This document shows, one piece after another, positions 1 to 14,017 of a DNA stretch of 64,000 nt. Numbering within the stretch: position 1 is the first letter of the stretch; each line of letters starts with the position of its first letter. The notes below the pieces were generated by a model. It did not search any database, was not told where the DNA came from, and worked only from the letters and a program-made list of their open reading frames with translations. A program made the position numbers and the translations under genes. This stretch comes from Escherichia coli (lineage in GTDB: Bacteria > Pseudomonadota > Gammaproteobacteria > Enterobacterales > Enterobacteriaceae), in NCBI RefSeq assembly GCF_030384885.1, contig NZ_CP128613.1; one strand, given 5' to 3'.

Positions 1-663
1 CTGGTTGAACGTGGTACGCAAGGTAAAGTAATGACCGTTCTGCCAGGCCAGGCGGCGCAGGTTAGAAAAACTTTCGCGTTCATCGAGCGCGTTGGCCTGT
101 TGCAACATCTCTGCGCGACGTGAATCAACAATGTCGCTGACGGTCGATTCTTTAAATCCGGAGGTGAGATCTTTGAGGGGTAGGGTCGAGATCAGTACCA
201 GACTGTTATCCTGACCATTCAGGTAATACATCGACCACGGTATATTTTCTGCGCCCCATAACGTGTCCAGATAGGTGGACATCCGTTGAGTCATCTCAAG
301 CGTTGAGTTGTCGTGAGAGCCAAAGATTAACGCTTCCGTTTTGCGGCGTGGTTTTTCCAGATAGTAGACATCCTGTTTCAGGCGCGTCTCTTGTAAACCT
401 TCGCCGGAGGAGGGGGAAGTCGTCGCGGCAATGTTGTCGTAAATCTGCCAGGTCACATAACGCCAGGTATCGACGCGCTTTTGGATAGCGTGGGTAATGT
501 CGACAATCTGGTAACTTTTATCTTTCAGCCAGGCGTTAACGGCGCTTTGTACCATTACACCCATCGTCACCAGTAACACAATGATCAACAGTAAAAAGAA
601 GCGGGTAATGCTCCCCGGTAGGAGTGAAAAGCGGGTCGTGGCCGTTGTCTCTTTCTGACGCAT
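1..663 (-). CDS. rcsD: Phosphotransfer intermediate protein RcsD, N-terminal 221 codons (gene continues past window start)
   Basis: Minus-strand ATG at 661-663; hand translation gives MRQKETTATTRFSLLPG; frame runs to the window edge; divergent from micF/ompC as in E. coli. Confidence 0.8.
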   Translation of the reverse strand, partial: MRQKETTATTRFSLLPGSITRFFLLLIIVLLVTMGVMVQSAVNAWLKDKSYQIVDITHAIQKRVDTWRYVTWQIYDNIAATTSPSSGEGLQETRLKQDVYYLEKPRRKTEALIFGSHDNSTLEMTQRMSTYLDTLWGAENIPWSMYYLNGQDNSLVLISTLPLKDLTSGFKESTVSDIVDSRRAEMLQQANALDERESFSNLRRLAWQNGHYFTLRTTFNQ

Positions 664-974
664 TCGTGTTTATGACCTGTTAAAACTTCGCGAAGTGATA
701 GGGCAGTATAAAGGGTACATTGTGAAATTCCAGACTCTTACCTGATTGATGATTCTCTATTCTCCCGTGATATTTATCATCCTGCATTGGGGGAAATAGA
801 TGTACAAGCGCCATTTTGCTGTACAAATAACCGACAAAAAGCCTAACGAAATTAATTGCAAATAAACGAAGATTGCTGGAAATTATGCTGATGTTAATTA
901 TTTGTGAAATAGTTAACAAGCGTTATAGTTTTCCTGTGGTAGCACAGAATAATGAAAAGTGTGTAAAGAAGGGT

Positions 975-1067
975 AAAAAAAACCGGATGCGAGGCATCCG
1001 GTTGAAATAGGGGTAAACAGACATTCAGAAATGAATGACGGTAATAAATAAAGTTAATGATGATAGC
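975..1067 (-). ncRNA. micF: MicF antisense sRNA (represses ompF translation)
   Basis: Minus-strand sequence matches recalled micF (GCTATCATCATTAACTTTATTTATTACCGTCATTCATTTCTGAATGTC ... hairpin + U-run), divergent from ompC. Confidence 0.85.
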
Positions 1068-1221
1068 GGGAGATATTCTAGTTGCGAGTGAAGGTTTTGT
1101 TTTGACATTCAGTGCTGTCAAATACTTAAGAATAAGTTATTGATTTTAACCTTGAATTATTATTGCTTGATGTTAGGTGCTTATTTCGCCATTCCGCAAT
1201 AATCTTAAAAAGTTCCCTTGT

Positions 1222-1290
1222 ATTTACATTCTGAAACATCTATAGCGATAAATGAAACATCTTAAAAGTTTTAGTATCATATTCGTGTTG
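1222..1290 (+). promoter_or_regulatory. ompC promoter region with OmpR-box-like repeats (TTTACATTCTGAAACATCTA, AAATGAAACATCTTAAAAG)
   Basis: Tandem GAAACATCT-containing direct repeats about 110-180 nt upstream of the ompC ATG; matches recalled OmpR C1-C3 architecture. Confidence 0.6.
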
Positions 1291-1386
1291 GATTATTCTG
1301 CATTTTTGGGGAGAATGGACTTGCCGACTGATTAATGAGGGTTAATCAGTATGCAGTGGCATAAAAAAGCAAATAAAGGCATATAA

Positions 1387-2502
<1,116 letters not shown>

Positions 2503-2520
2503 TCTCGATTGATATCGAAC

Positions 2521-2544
2521 AAAGGGCCTGCGGGCCCTTTTTTC
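2521..2544 (+). terminator. Rho-independent terminator after ompC
   Basis: GC hairpin aaagGGCCtgcgGGCCc followed by TTTTTT. Confidence 0.8.
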
Positions 2545-2613
2545 ATTGTTTTCAGCGTACAAACTCAGTTTTTTGGTGTACTCTTGCGACCGTTCGCATG
2601 AGGATAATCACGT

Positions 2614-3669
2614 ATGGAAATAAGCTTTACCCGCGTGGCACTGCTGGCTGCCGCGCTCTTCTTTGTTGGTTGCGATCAAAAACCACAACCCGCCAAAACC
2701 CACGCTATTGAAGTTACCGTTCTCGAAGGCAAAACCATGGGTACCTTCTGGCGTGCCAGCATTCCGGGCATTGACGCCAAACGCAGTGCCGAACTTAAAG
2801 AAAAGATTCAGACCCAGCTGGACGCTGACGATCAGCTGCTTTCGACCTATAAAAAAGATTCCGCGCTGATGCGCTTTAACGACTCGCAAAGTTTGTCGCC
2901 GTGGCCGGTAAGTGAAGCGATGGCCGATATCGTCACCACCTCGCTGCGCATTGGCGCAAGGACCGATGGTGCGATGGATATAACCGTCGGGCCGCTGGTG
3001 AATCTGTGGGGCTTTGGCCCGGAACAACAGCCGGTTCAAATTCCGAGCCAGGAACAAATTGATGCGATGAAAGCCAAAACCGGCTTACAGCACCTGACGG
3101 TCATTAATCAGTCGCATCAGCAATATCTGCAAAAAGACCTGCCGGATTTATATGTCGATCTCTCCACCGTCGGTGAAGGTTATGCGGCGGATCACCTGGC
3201 ACGCTTGATGGAGCAGGAAGGGATTTCCCGCTATCTGGTGTCGGTGGGCGGCGCGCTGAACAGCCGTGGTATGAACGGTGAAGGCCAGCCGTGGCGGGTA
3301 GCGATTCAAAAACCAACTGATAAAGAAAACGCGGTTCAGGCCGTGGTGGATATCAACGGTCATGGCATTAGCACCTCTGGCAGCTACCGTAACTATTACG
3401 AACTGGACGGCAAACGTCTTTCCCATGTTATCGATCCGCAAACCGGGCGTCCCATCGAACACAATCTGGTATCCGTGACGGTGATTGCCCCGACGGCGCT
3501 GGAAGCCGATGCCTGGGATACTGGCTTAATGGTACTGGGGCCGGAGAAAGCCAAAGAGGTTGTTCGCCGGGAAGGGCTGGCGGTTTACATGATCACCAAA
3601 GAAGGCGATAGCTTTAAAACCTGGATGTCGCCGCAGTTTAAAAGCTTCCTGGTGAGCGAAAAAAATTAA
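2614..3669 (+). CDS. apbE: FAD:protein FMN transferase (ApbE/Ftp lipoprotein)
   Basis: 351-aa ORF with lipoprotein signal (LLAAALFFVGC); position between ompC and ada. Confidence 0.9.
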   Translation: MEISFTRVALLAAALFFVGCDQKPQPAKTHAIEVTVLEGKTMGTFWRASIPGIDAKRSAELKEKIQTQLDADDQLLSTYKKDSALMRFNDSQSLSPWPVSEAMADIVTTSLRIGARTDGAMDITVGPLVNLWGFGPEQQPVQIPSQEQIDAMKAKTGLQHLTVINQSHQQYLQKDLPDLYVDLSTVGEGYAADHLARLMEQEGISRYLVSVGGALNSRGMNGEGQPWRVAIQKPTDKENAVQAVVDINGHGISTSGSYRNYYELDGKRLSHVIDPQTGRPIEHNLVSVTVIAPTALEADAWDTGLMVLGPEKAKEVVRREGLAVYMITKEGDSFKTWMSPQFKSFLVSEKN

Positions 3670-3675
3670 AGCGCA
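3661..3675 (+). promoter_or_regulatory. Ada box (AAAAATTAAAGCGCA) in the ada promoter
   Basis: AAAGCGCA core with upstream A-tract, about 70 nt upstream of ada start; overlaps apbE stop codon. Confidence 0.6.
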
Positions 3676-3742
3676 AGATTGTTGGTTTTTGCGTGATGGT
3701 GACCGGGCAGACTAAAGGCTATCCTTAACCAGGGAGCTGATG

Positions 3743-4807
3743 ATGAAAAACGCCACATGCTTAACTGACGATCAACGCTGGCAATCTGTCTTAGCCCGCG
3801 ACCCGAACGCCGACGGCGAATTCGTTTTCGCCGTGCGCACCACGGGTATCTTTTGCCGTCCGTCTTGCCGAGCCAGACATGCCTTGCGGGAAAATGTCTC
3901 CTTCTACGCAAATGCCAGCGAGGCACTCGCCGCCGGATTTCGCCCCTGCAAACGTTGTCAGCCAGACAAAGCCAATCCCCGGCAACATCGCCTTGATAAA
4001 ATTACCCACGCCTGCCGACTGCTGGAACAGGAAACTCCTGTAACGCTGGAAGCCTTAGCCGACCAGGTGGCGATGAGTCCGTTCCATCTGCATCGGTTGT
4101 TTAAAGCGACTACCGGAATGACGCCTAAAGCCTGGCAACAGGCCTGGCGCGCTCGCCGTTTGCGTGAATCGCTGGCGAAAGGGGAGAGCGTGACGACGTC
4201 TATTCTTAACGCCGGATTCCCCGACAGCAGCAGTTACTACCGCAAAGCTGACGAAACGCTGGGCATGACGGCTAAACAATTCCGTCATGGTGGCGAAAAT
4301 CTGGCGGTGCGTTACGCGCTGGCTGATTGTGAGCTGGGCCGTTGCCTGGTGGCAGAAAGCGAGCGGGGGATTTGCGCGATATTGCTGGGCGATGATGACG
4401 CGACGCTAATCAGCGAGTTGCAGCAGATGTTTCCCGCTGCCGACAACGCGCCTGCCGATCTGACGTTTCAGCAACATGTGCGCGAGGTGATCACCAGTCT
4501 GAATCACCGCGACACACCGCTGACGTTACCGCTGGATATTCGCGGCACCGCTTTTCAGCAACAAGTCTGGCAGGCACTGCGCACGATACCTTGCGGTGAA
4601 ACCGTCAGTTATCAGCAACTGGCAAACGCCATCGGCAAACCGAAAGCGGTACGTGCCGTTGCCAGCGCCTGTGCCGCTAACAAGCTAGCTATCGTAATAC
4701 CCTGTCATCGGGTAGTCCGTGGTGATGGCACACTTTCCGGTTACCGCTGGGGCGTGTCGCGCAAAGCGCAACTGCTGCGCCGCGAATCTGAACATGAGGA
4801 GAGGTAA
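3743..4807 (+). CDS. ada: Ada bifunctional regulator / O6-methylguanine-DNA methyltransferase
   Basis: ORF MKNATCLTDDQRW...; Cys-rich N-domain (FCRPSCRARH), C-terminal PCHRV active site; second ATG chosen for RBS spacing (first ATG at 3740). Confidence 0.95.
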   Translation: MKNATCLTDDQRWQSVLARDPNADGEFVFAVRTTGIFCRPSCRARHALRENVSFYANASEALAAGFRPCKRCQPDKANPRQHRLDKITHACRLLEQETPVTLEALADQVAMSPFHLHRLFKATTGMTPKAWQQAWRARRLRESLAKGESVTTSILNAGFPDSSSYYRKADETLGMTAKQFRHGGENLAVRYALADCELGRCLVAESERGICAILLGDDDATLISELQQMFPAADNAPADLTFQQHVREVITSLNHRDTPLTLPLDIRGTAFQQQVWQALRTIPCGETVSYQQLANAIGKPKAVRAVASACAANKLAIVIPCHRVVRGDGTLSGYRWGVSRKAQLLRRESEHEER

Positions 4808-5457
4808 TGTTGGATCTGTTTGCCGATGCTGAACCGTGGCAAGAGCCACTGGCGGCTGGTGCGGTGATTTTGCACCGTTTTGCTTTTAACGCTGCGGAGC
4901 AACTAATCCGCGATATTAATGACGTTGCCAGCCAGTCGCCGTTTCGCCAGATGGTCACCCCCGGGGGATATACCATGTCGGTGGCAATGACCAACTGTGG
5001 GCATCTGGGCTGGACGACCAATCGGCAAGGTTATCTCTATTCGCCCATTGATCCGCAAACAAATAAACCATGGCCCGCCATGCCGCAGAGTTTTCATAAT
5101 TTATGTCAACGTGCGGCTACGGCGGCGGGCTATCCAGATTTCCAGCCAGATGCTTGCCTTATCAACCGCTACGCTCCTGGCGCGAAACTGTCGCTGCATC
5201 AGGATAAAGACGAACCGGATCTGCGCGCGCCGATTGTTTCTGTTTCTCTGGGCTTACCCGCGATTTTTCAATTTGGCGGCCTGAAACGAAATGATCCGCT
5301 AAAAAGATTGTTGTTGGAACATGGCGATGTGGTGGTATGGGGCGGTGAATCGCGGCTGTTTTATCACGGTATTCAACCGTTGAAAGCGGGCTTTCATCCA
5401 CTCACCGCCGACTGCCGCTACAACCTGACATTCCGTCAGGCAGGTAAAAAAGAATAA
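4807..5457 (+). CDS. alkB: Alpha-ketoglutarate-dependent DNA dioxygenase AlkB
   Basis: 216-aa ORF; start overlaps ada stop by 1 nt (ada-alkB operon). Confidence 0.95.
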   Translation: MLDLFADAEPWQEPLAAGAVILHRFAFNAAEQLIRDINDVASQSPFRQMVTPGGYTMSVAMTNCGHLGWTTNRQGYLYSPIDPQTNKPWPAMPQSFHNLCQRAATAAGYPDFQPDACLINRYAPGAKLSLHQDKDEPDLRAPIVSVSLGLPAIFQFGGLKRNDPLKRLLLEHGDVVVWGGESRLFYHGIQPLKAGFHPLTADCRYNLTFRQAGKKE

Positions 5458-5532
5458 AAATAAGAATTATTATTGCTGTACGCGCGAAGATGTTTAAACT
5501 GCGGGCTGTAATTCATTGTCCGGGTTTTTTGC

Positions 5533-7176
5533 ATGGAACTTCTTGTACTTGTCTGGCGGCAGTATCGCTGGCCATTTATCAGTGTGATGGCGCTAAGCCT
5601 CGCCAGTGCGGCATTAGGCATTGGCTTAATTGCTTTTATCAATCAGCGCCTTATCGAAACGGCGGATACCAGTCTGCTGGTGTTGCCGGAGTTTCTCGGT
5701 TTATTGCTGCTGCTAATGGCGGTGACGCTAGGTTCGCAACTGGCGCTCACCACTCTGGGGCATCACTTCGTTTACCGACTGCGTAGCGAATTTATCAAGC
5801 GGATTCTCGATACTCACGTCGAGCGCATTGAACAACTTGGTAGCGCCTCGTTGTTGGCGGGGTTAACCAGCGATGTGCGCAATATCACCATTGCTTTTGT
5901 GCGTCTGCCGGAACTGGTGCAGGGGATCATTCTCACTATCGGTTCCGCGGCGTATTTGTGGATGCTATCGGGCAAAATGTTGCTGGTAACGGCTATCTGG
6001 ATGGCAGTCACCATCTGGGGTGGTTTTATACTGGTGGCGCGGGTGTACAAACATATGGCGACCCTGCGTGAAACCGAAGATAAGCTGTACACGGACTTTC
6101 AAACCGTACTCGAAGGGCGCAAAGAGCTGACTCTGAACCGTGAACGCGCCGAGTATGTGTTTAACAACCTCTACATTCCTGATGCGCAAGAGTATCGCCA
6201 TCATATTATCCGCGCAGACACCTTCCATCTTAGTGCTGTGAACTGGTCAAACATCATGATGCTGGGCGCAATCGGTCTGGTGTTCTGGATGGCGAACAGT
6301 CTCGGTTGGGCTGATACCAACGTTGCCGCGACCTATTCGTTGACGCTGTTATTCCTGCGTACGCCGCTGCTTTCGGCGGTTGGCGCATTACCGACGCTGC
6401 TGACGGCGCAGGTGGCGTTTAACAAGCTGAATAAATTCGAGCTCGCACCTTTCAAAGCTGAGTTTCCGCGTCCGCAGACGTTTCCCAACTGGCAAAGGCT
6501 GGAGCTGCGCAATGTTACGTTTGCTTATCAGGATAACGCGTTTTCCGTTGGGCCGATTAACCTCACCATTAAACGTGGCGAACTGCTGTTTCTGATTGGC
6601 GGCAACGGTAGCGGAAAATCGACACTGGCCATGTTGCTGACGGGCTTGTATCAACCACAAAGCGGCGAAATTTTGCTGGATGGCAAACCTGTCAGCGGCG
6701 AAAAACCGGAAGATTATCGCAAACTGTTTTCGGCAGTGTTTACCGATGTCTGGTTGTTTGATCAACTGCTGGGGCCGGAGGGGAAACCTGCTAACCCGCA
6801 ACTGGTTGAGAAGTGGCTGGCGCAGCTGAAAATGGCTCATAAGCTTGAGTTAAGCAACGGGCGTATTGTTAACCTGAAGTTATCAAAAGGGCAGAAAAAA
6901 CGCGTCGCGCTGTTGCTGGCGCTGGCAGAAGAACGCGATATTATCCTGTTGGATGAATGGGCGGCGGATCAGGACCCACACTTCCGTCGTGAGTTTTATC
7001 AGGTGCTGCTGCCGCTGATGCAGGAGATGGGTAAAACGATTTTCGCCATCAGTCATGATGATCATTACTTTATTCACGCTGACCGCCTGCTGGAAATGCG
7101 CAACGGGCTACTTAGCGAGCTGACAGGCGAAGAGCGCGATGCTGCTTCGCGTGATGCCGTTGCCCGGACGGCATAA
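5533..7176 (+). CDS. yojI: ABC transporter permease/ATPase fusion (microcin J25 efflux, YojI)
   Basis: 547-aa ORF; N-terminal TM domain, C-terminal Walker [10 protein letters not shown] and signature LSKGQKKR. Confidence 0.9.
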   Translation: MELLVLVWRQYRWPFISVMALSLASAALGIGLIAFINQRLIETADTSLLVLPEFLGLLLLLMAVTLGSQLALTTLGHHFVYRLRSEFIKRILDTHVERIEQLGSASLLAGLTSDVRNITIAFVRLPELVQGIILTIGSAAYLWMLSGKMLLVTAIWMAVTIWGGFILVARVYKHMATLRETEDKLYTDFQTVLEGRKELTLNRERAEYVFNNLYIPDAQEYRHHIIRADTFHLSAVNWSNIMMLGAIGLVFWMANSLGWADTNVAATYSLTLLFLRTPLLSAVGALPTLLTAQVAFNKLNKFELAPFKAEFPRPQTFPNWQRLELRNVTFAYQDNAFSVGPINLTIKRGELLFLIGGNGSGKSTLAMLLTGLYQPQSGEILLDGKPVSGEKPEDYRKLFSAVFTDVWLFDQLLGPEGKPANPQLVEKWLAQLKMAHKLELSNGRIVNLKLSKGQKKRVALLLALAEERDIILLDEWAADQDPHFRREFYQVLLPLMQEMGKTIFAISHDDHYFIHADRLLEMRNGLLSELTGEERDAASRDAVARTA

Positions 7177-7381
7177 TATTTCGACGCTGACCTGGCGGAC
7201 TGCTGCCGCCAGGTCAATATTCTAAAAAAACCTTCGTTTCTAATAACCCTATAATTAATCAACGAAATTATAATGTTTCTAAAATTAGAATATAATTTAT
7301 AAACATTATTTAAATGTTGTTACTTAAGTGTTACCGTTGATGCCGCGCAAATCTCACCTGCAATAAAGCGACTAAAAGTAA

Positions 7382-9040
<1,659 letters not shown>

Positions 9041-9075
9041 TGATGTGCCACATCCGGCATGTTATGCCGGATGTG

Positions 9076-9167
9076 GCGTATGCTGATAAGACGCGCCAGC
9101 GTCGCATCAGTCAACCGGCTTGGGCGTTAGATGTCGGATGCGGCGTGACCGCCTTATCCGACCTACG
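9076..9167. repeat. REP / BIME palindromic elements between mqo and eco
   Basis: Two REP-like units (gcgtatgctgataagacgcgccagcgtcgcatcag; gtcggatgcggcgtgaccgccttatccgacctacg) preceded by a hairpin at 9048-9078. Confidence 0.7.
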
Positions 9168-9189
9168 GGGTGGAGCACTTCACGGCAGT

Positions 9190-9678
9190 TTAGAGGACTA
9201 CCGCGTTGTCAATTTTCTCTTCCGCCTTCCAGATGCGGTATTTCACATCTACATTGTCTGGCGTATACACCACGATCGGCAGCTTGCTGTTGTAACGCAG
9301 CATTCCAGCATCGCCCAGATACGCGGTGACAAATTTCTTCTCTTTCTTGCCATCCGGGCAGGCCATCATCGTGGAAACCGGCGAGCTAACTTTATCAAAG
9401 ACGTAATAATCATAGCCCCAGCCTTCCAGCGTTTTGCTTTCCAGCTTCCCGCCGAGACGATGCAAATTGCAATCGACTTCCAGCGTCTGACCGATTAACA
9501 GTTCTACTTTCAGGGTAGATTCATCTTCTTGCGGGGTTAACTGAATCACCTGACGCTTCATGCCTTTTTCAGCTTGCGGATAAGGCGCGATTTTTTCCAG
9601 TGGCTGGACGCTCTCTGCCGCCCAGGCGGAAGTGGTAGCGAAAGCGGCAAACAATACTGCAGGTAGAATGGTCTTCAT
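9190..9678 (-). CDS. eco: Ecotin (periplasmic serine protease inhibitor)
   Basis: 162-aa ORF with signal peptide [20 protein letters not shown]. Confidence 0.9.
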   Translation of the reverse strand: MKTILPAVLFAAFATTSAWAAESVQPLEKIAPYPQAEKGMKRQVIQLTPQEDESTLKVELLIGQTLEVDCNLHRLGGKLESKTLEGWGYDYYVFDKVSSPVSTMMACPDGKKEKKFVTAYLGDAGMLRYNSKLPIVVYTPDNVDVKYRIWKAEEKIDNAVVL

Positions 9679-9899
9679 TGTTGTATTCCCTTCGTCATTT
9701 ATAGGTTTTCACCGATGATGTCGCTGAAGGTTAACATATTCATCAGATTTATTAATTTGCTTTATGAATAACTTAAAGAACATTCAGACAATTTTACCTG
9801 CTCTTTTAGTGTTAAATTCTGACGAGAGAACAAACCAGTAGAAATATCTCTGGTGAATTAATCGCTATATAAATGTGTTTATAACCATTTGAAATGTGA

Positions 9900-10084
9900 G
9901 CAAAAGCCCGTTTTTGCCACGCTTCCCGCCACTCTTTTGATCCTGCTACAGGTTTTACCTCGATCGGGGTATGCATCTTTGACACATCCTTTAATATCTT
10001 AGCGGCTATAAAAATGGCTTATTAATTATGCGGTTTATTTGGTCGCTCTCAATTTTCAGAGCGTATTAATGATGGAAGGTCAAT
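9900..10084 (+). promoter_or_regulatory. napF promoter/operator region (expected Fnr and NarP/NarL control)
   Basis: AT-rich 400-bp intergenic region upstream of napF; individual sites not resolved by eye. Confidence 0.35.
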
Positions 10085-10579
10085 GTGAAGATTGATGCAT
10101 CCCGTCGGGGCATACTCACTGGTCGCTGGCGCAAAGCCAGTAACGGTATCCGTCCGCCCTGGTCCGGTGATGAATCTCATTTTCTGACCCATTGCACCCG
10201 CTGTGACGCCTGTATTAATGCTTGTGAAAACAACATTCTGCAACGCGGCGCGGGGGGCTATCCGAGCGTTAATTTCAAAAATAACGAGTGCAGCTTCTGT
10301 TATGCCTGCGCGCAAGCTTGCCCCGAATCGCTATTTTCTCCGCGCCACACCAGGGCCTGGGATTTGCAGTTCACCATTGGGGACGCGTGCCTGGCGTATC
10401 AGTCAGTTGAATGCCGCCGCTGTCAGGATAGCTGTGAGCCAATGGCAATTATCTTTCGCCCGACGCTCTCCGGGATCTACCAGCCGCAACTTAATAGCCA
10501 ACTTTGCAACGGATGTGGAGCATGTGCAGCCAGCTGTCCGGTATCAGCCATAACTGCGGAGTATCTCCATGCACACTAA
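10085..10579 (+). CDS. napF: Ferredoxin-type protein NapF
   Basis: 164-aa ORF, GTG start, multiple CxxCxxCxxxCP 4Fe-4S motifs. Confidence 0.9.
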   Translation: MKIDASRRGILTGRWRKASNGIRPPWSGDESHFLTHCTRCDACINACENNILQRGAGGYPSVNFKNNECSFCYACAQACPESLFSPRHTRAWDLQFTIGDACLAYQSVECRRCQDSCEPMAIIFRPTLSGIYQPQLNSQLCNGCGACAASCPVSAITAEYLHAH

Positions 10580-10832
10580 CTGGCAAGTTTGCAGCCTGGT
10601 CGTGCAGGCCAAAAGCGAACGAATTTCAGACATCAGCACCCAACTGAACGCCTTTCCCGGCTGTGAAGTCGCTGTCAGCGACGCGCCGAGCGGTCAGTTG
10701 ATTGTGGTGGTGGAAGCAGAAGACAGCGAAACGCTGATCCAAACCATTGAGTCAGTACGCAACGTAGAGGGCGTGCTGGCGGTGTCGCTGGTTTATCACC
10801 AGCAGGAAGAGCAAGGTGAGGAAACACCATGA
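10569..10832 (+). CDS. napD: NapA chaperone NapD
   Basis: 87-aa ORF overlapping napF end and napA start. Confidence 0.85.
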   Translation: MHTNWQVCSLVVQAKSERISDISTQLNAFPGCEVAVSDAPSGQLIVVVEAEDSETLIQTIESVRNVEGVLAVSLVYHQQEEQGEETP

Positions 10833-13315
10833 AACTCAGTCGTCGTAGCTTTATGAAAGCTAACGCCGTTGCGGCCGCTGCGGCGGCTGCCGGTCTCAGC
10901 GTGCCGGGCGTTGCCCGCGCCGTTGTTGGTCAGCAGGAAGCCATTAAATGGGATAAAGCACCATGCCGTTTCTGCGGTACTGGTTGTGGCGTTCTGGTCG
11001 GAACGCAGCAGGGGCGTGTGGTGGCCTGTCAGGGCGACCCGGACGCACCGGTTAACCGTGGTCTGAACTGCATTAAGGGCTATTTCCTGCCCAAAATCAT
11101 GTACGGTAAAGACCGTTTGACGCAGCCGCTTCTGCGTATGAAAAACGGTAAATATGACAAAGAAGGCGAGTTCACCCCAATCACCTGGGATCAAGCCTTC
11201 GATGTGATGGAAGAAAAATTCAAAACTGCCCTGAAAGAAAAAGGGCCGGAATCGATCGGTATGTTCGGTTCTGGTCAGTGGACTATCTGGGAAGGTTATG
11301 CCGCGTCCAAGCTGTTCAAAGCGGGCTTCCGTTCGAACAACATCGACCCGAACGCGCGTCACTGTATGGCGTCGGCGGTAGTTGGCTTTATGCGTACCTT
11401 TGGTATGGATGAGCCGATGGGCTGCTATGACGACATCGAACAGGCTGACGCGTTTGTGCTGTGGGGCGCTAACATGGCGGAGATGCACCCGATTCTCTGG
11501 TCGCGCATCACCAACCGTCGTCTCTCTAACCAGAACGTCACCGTGGCGGTGCTTTCTACCTACCAGCATCGTAGCTTCGAGCTGGCGGATAACGGCATCA
11601 TCTTTACGCCACAGTCTGACCTGGTGATCCTGAACTACATCGCCAACTATATCATTCAAAACAACGCGATAAATCAGGACTTCTTTAGCAAACACGTTAA
11701 CCTGCGCAAAGGGGCGACGGACATCGGCTACGGTTTACGTCCGACCCATCCGCTGGAAAAAGCAGCGAAGAATCCAGGTTCTGACGCTTCCGAACCGATG
11801 AGCTTTGAAGATTACAAAGCCTTCGTTGCCGAGTATACGCTGGAAAAAACCGCTGAAATGACCGGCGTGCCGAAAGACCAGCTAGAACAACTGGCGCAGC
11901 TGTATGCCGATCCGAACAAGAAAGTCATCTCCTACTGGACGATGGGCTTCAACCAGCATACCCGTGGCGTGTGGGCCAACAACCTGGTCTACAACCTGCA
12001 CCTGCTGACCGGCAAAATTTCCCAGCCGGGTTGCGGTCCGTTCTCCCTGACCGGGCAGCCTTCCGCGTGTGGTACTGCGCGTGAAGTCGGCACCTTTGCT
12101 CACCGTCTGCCTGCGGACATGGTAGTGACCAACGAGAAACACCGTGATATCTGCGAGAAGAAGTGGAATATCCCGAGCGGCACCATTCCGGCGAAAATCG
12201 GCCTGCACGCGGTGGCACAGGACCGTGCGCTGAAAGACGGCAAACTGAATGTTTACTGGACCATGTGTACCAACAACATGCAAGCCGGGCCGAACATTAA
12301 TGAAGAGCGTATGCCGGGCTGGCGCGATCCGCGCAACTTTATCATCGTTTCCGATCCGTATCCGACAGTCAGTGCGCTGGCAGCCGACTTGATCCTGCCG
12401 ACCGCAATGTGGGTAGAAAAAGAGGGTGCTTACGGTAACGCCGAACGCCGTACTCAATTCTGGCGTCAGCAGGTACAGGCACCGGGCGAAGCGAAATCGG
12501 ATCTCTGGCAGTTAGTTCAGTTCTCCCGCCGCTTCAAAACTGAAGAAGTGTGGCCGGAAGAGTTGCTGGCGAAGAAACCGGAACTGCGTGGAAAAACGCT
12601 GTATGAGGTTCTGTATGCCACCCCGGAAGTGAGCAAATTCCCGGTATCCGAACTGGCAGAAGATCAGTTGAACGATGAATCCCGCGAGCTGGGCTTCTAT
12701 CTGCAAAAAGGGCTGTTCGAAGAGTATGCATGGTTTGGTCGCGGTCACGGTCACGATCTCGCGCCGTTCGATGACTACCACAAAGCGCGCGGTCTGCGCT
12801 GGCCGGTGGTTAACGGTAAAGAAACGCAGTGGCGTTATAGCGAAGGTAACGACCCGTACGTGAAAGCGGGTGAAGGCTACAAGTTCTACGGTAAACCGGA
12901 TGGCAAAGCGGTGATCTTCGCACTGCCGTTCGAACCGGCGGCGGAAGCACCGGATGAAGAGTACGATCTGTGGCTCTCTACCGGGCGTGTCCTGGAGCAC
13001 TGGCACACCGGCAGTATGACTCGCCGTGTACCGGAACTGCACCGTGCCTTCCCGGAAGCGGTCCTGTTTATTCATCCGCTGGATGCGAAAGCGCGCGATC
13101 TGCGTCGTGGCGACAAAGTGAAAGTGGTTTCTCGCCGTGGCGAAGTCATCTCGATTGTTGAAACGCGCGGTCGTAACCGTCCGCCGCAGGGCCTGGTGTA
13201 TATGCCGTTCTTCGACGCCGCACAGCTGGTTAACAAACTGACGCTGGATGCGACCGATCCGCTCTCGAAAGAGACGGACTTCAAGAAGTGTGCGGTCAAA
13301 CTGGAGAAGGTGTAA
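10829..13315 (+). CDS. napA: Periplasmic nitrate reductase catalytic subunit NapA
   Basis: 828-aa ORF; twin-arginine signal [11 protein letters not shown]; molybdopterin oxidoreductase Cys cluster CRFCGTGCG. Confidence 0.95.
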   Translation: MKLSRRSFMKANAVAAAAAAAGLSVPGVARAVVGQQEAIKWDKAPCRFCGTGCGVLVGTQQGRVVACQGDPDAPVNRGLNCIKGYFLPKIMYGKDRLTQPLLRMKNGKYDKEGEFTPITWDQAFDVMEEKFKTALKEKGPESIGMFGSGQWTIWEGYAASKLFKAGFRSNNIDPNARHCMASAVVGFMRTFGMDEPMGCYDDIEQADAFVLWGANMAEMHPILWSRITNRRLSNQNVTVAVLSTYQHRSFELADNGIIFTPQSDLVILNYIANYIIQNNAINQDFFSKHVNLRKGATDIGYGLRPTHPLEKAAKNPGSDASEPMSFEDYKAFVAEYTLEKTAEMTGVPKDQLEQLAQLYADPNKKVISYWTMGFNQHTRGVWANNLVYNLHLLTGKISQPGCGPFSLTGQPSACGTAREVGTFAHRLPADMVVTNEKHRDICEKKWNIPSGTIPAKIGLHAVAQDRALKDGKLNVYWTMCTNNMQAGPNINEERMPGWRDPRNFIIVSDPYPTVSALAADLILPTAMWVEKEGAYGNAERRTQFWRQQVQAPGEAKSDLWQLVQFSRRFKTEEVWPEELLAKKPELRGKTLYEVLYATPEVSKFPVSELAEDQLNDESRELGFYLQKGLFEEYAWFGRGHGHDLAPFDDYHKARGLRWPVVNGKETQWRYSEGNDPYVKAGEGYKFYGKPDGKAVIFALPFEPAAEAPDEEYDLWLSTGRVLEHWHTGSMTRRVPELHRAFPEAVLFIHPLDAKARDLRRGDKVKVVSRRGEVISIVETRGRNRPPQGLVYMPFFDAAQLVNKLTLDATDPLSKETDFKKCAVKLEKV

Positions 13316-13321
13316 GCCATT

Positions 13322-14017
13322 ATGTCCCGGTCAGCGAAACCTCAAAATGGTCGCCGCCGCTTTCTGCGCGATGTCGTTCGCACAGCTGGCGGGCTGGCTG
13401 CCGTGGGTGTGGCGCTGGGGTTACAACAGCAAACCGCACGCGCATCTGGTGTGCGGTTGCGCCCGCCCGGAGCCATAAACGAGAACGCCTTTGCCAGTGC
13501 CTGCGTACGTTGCGGTCAGTGTGTTCAGGCTTGCCCTTACGACACCTTAAAACTGGCGACACTGGCCTCTGGCCTGTCGGCAGGTACGCCGTACTTTGTC
13601 GCGCGGGATATTCCTTGCGAAATGTGTGAGGACATTCCGTGCGCCAAAGTGTGCCCGAGCGGTGCGCTGGATCGAGAGATCGAATCGATCGACGACGCGC
13701 GGATGGGGCTGGCGGTGCTGGTGGATCAGGAGAACTGCCTCAACTTTCAGGGGCTGCGCTGCGATGTTTGCTATCGCGAATGCCCGAAAATTGATGAGGC
13801 AATCACCCTGGAGCTGGAGCGTAACACGCGTACCGGTAAGCACGCCCGTTTTCTGCCGACGGTTCACAGCGACGCCTGTACCGGCTGCGGTAAGTGCGAA
13901 AAAGTGTGCGTGCTGGAACAACCCGCAATCAAGGTGTTACCGCTGTCACTGGCGAAAGGGGAGTTAGGTCACCATTACCGCTTCGGCTGGCTGGAGGGGA
14001 ACAATGGCAAATCGTAA
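13322..14017 (+). CDS. napG: Ferredoxin-type protein NapG
   Basis: 231-aa ORF; Tat-like RRRFLRD; four 4Fe-4S Cys motifs. Confidence 0.9.

Noticed and set aside
303-488. 61-aa plus-strand ORF at the window start
   Set aside because: Lies antisense within the rcsD N-terminal coding region; Arg-rich, low-complexity translation.
10796-11695. 299-aa minus-strand ORF inside napA
   Set aside because: Antisense to the napA coding region with no independent start or RBS support. The same applies to the other long antisense or alternative-frame ORFs at 19370-20119, 50956-51666, 46572-47204, 61765-62367 and 6388-6840.
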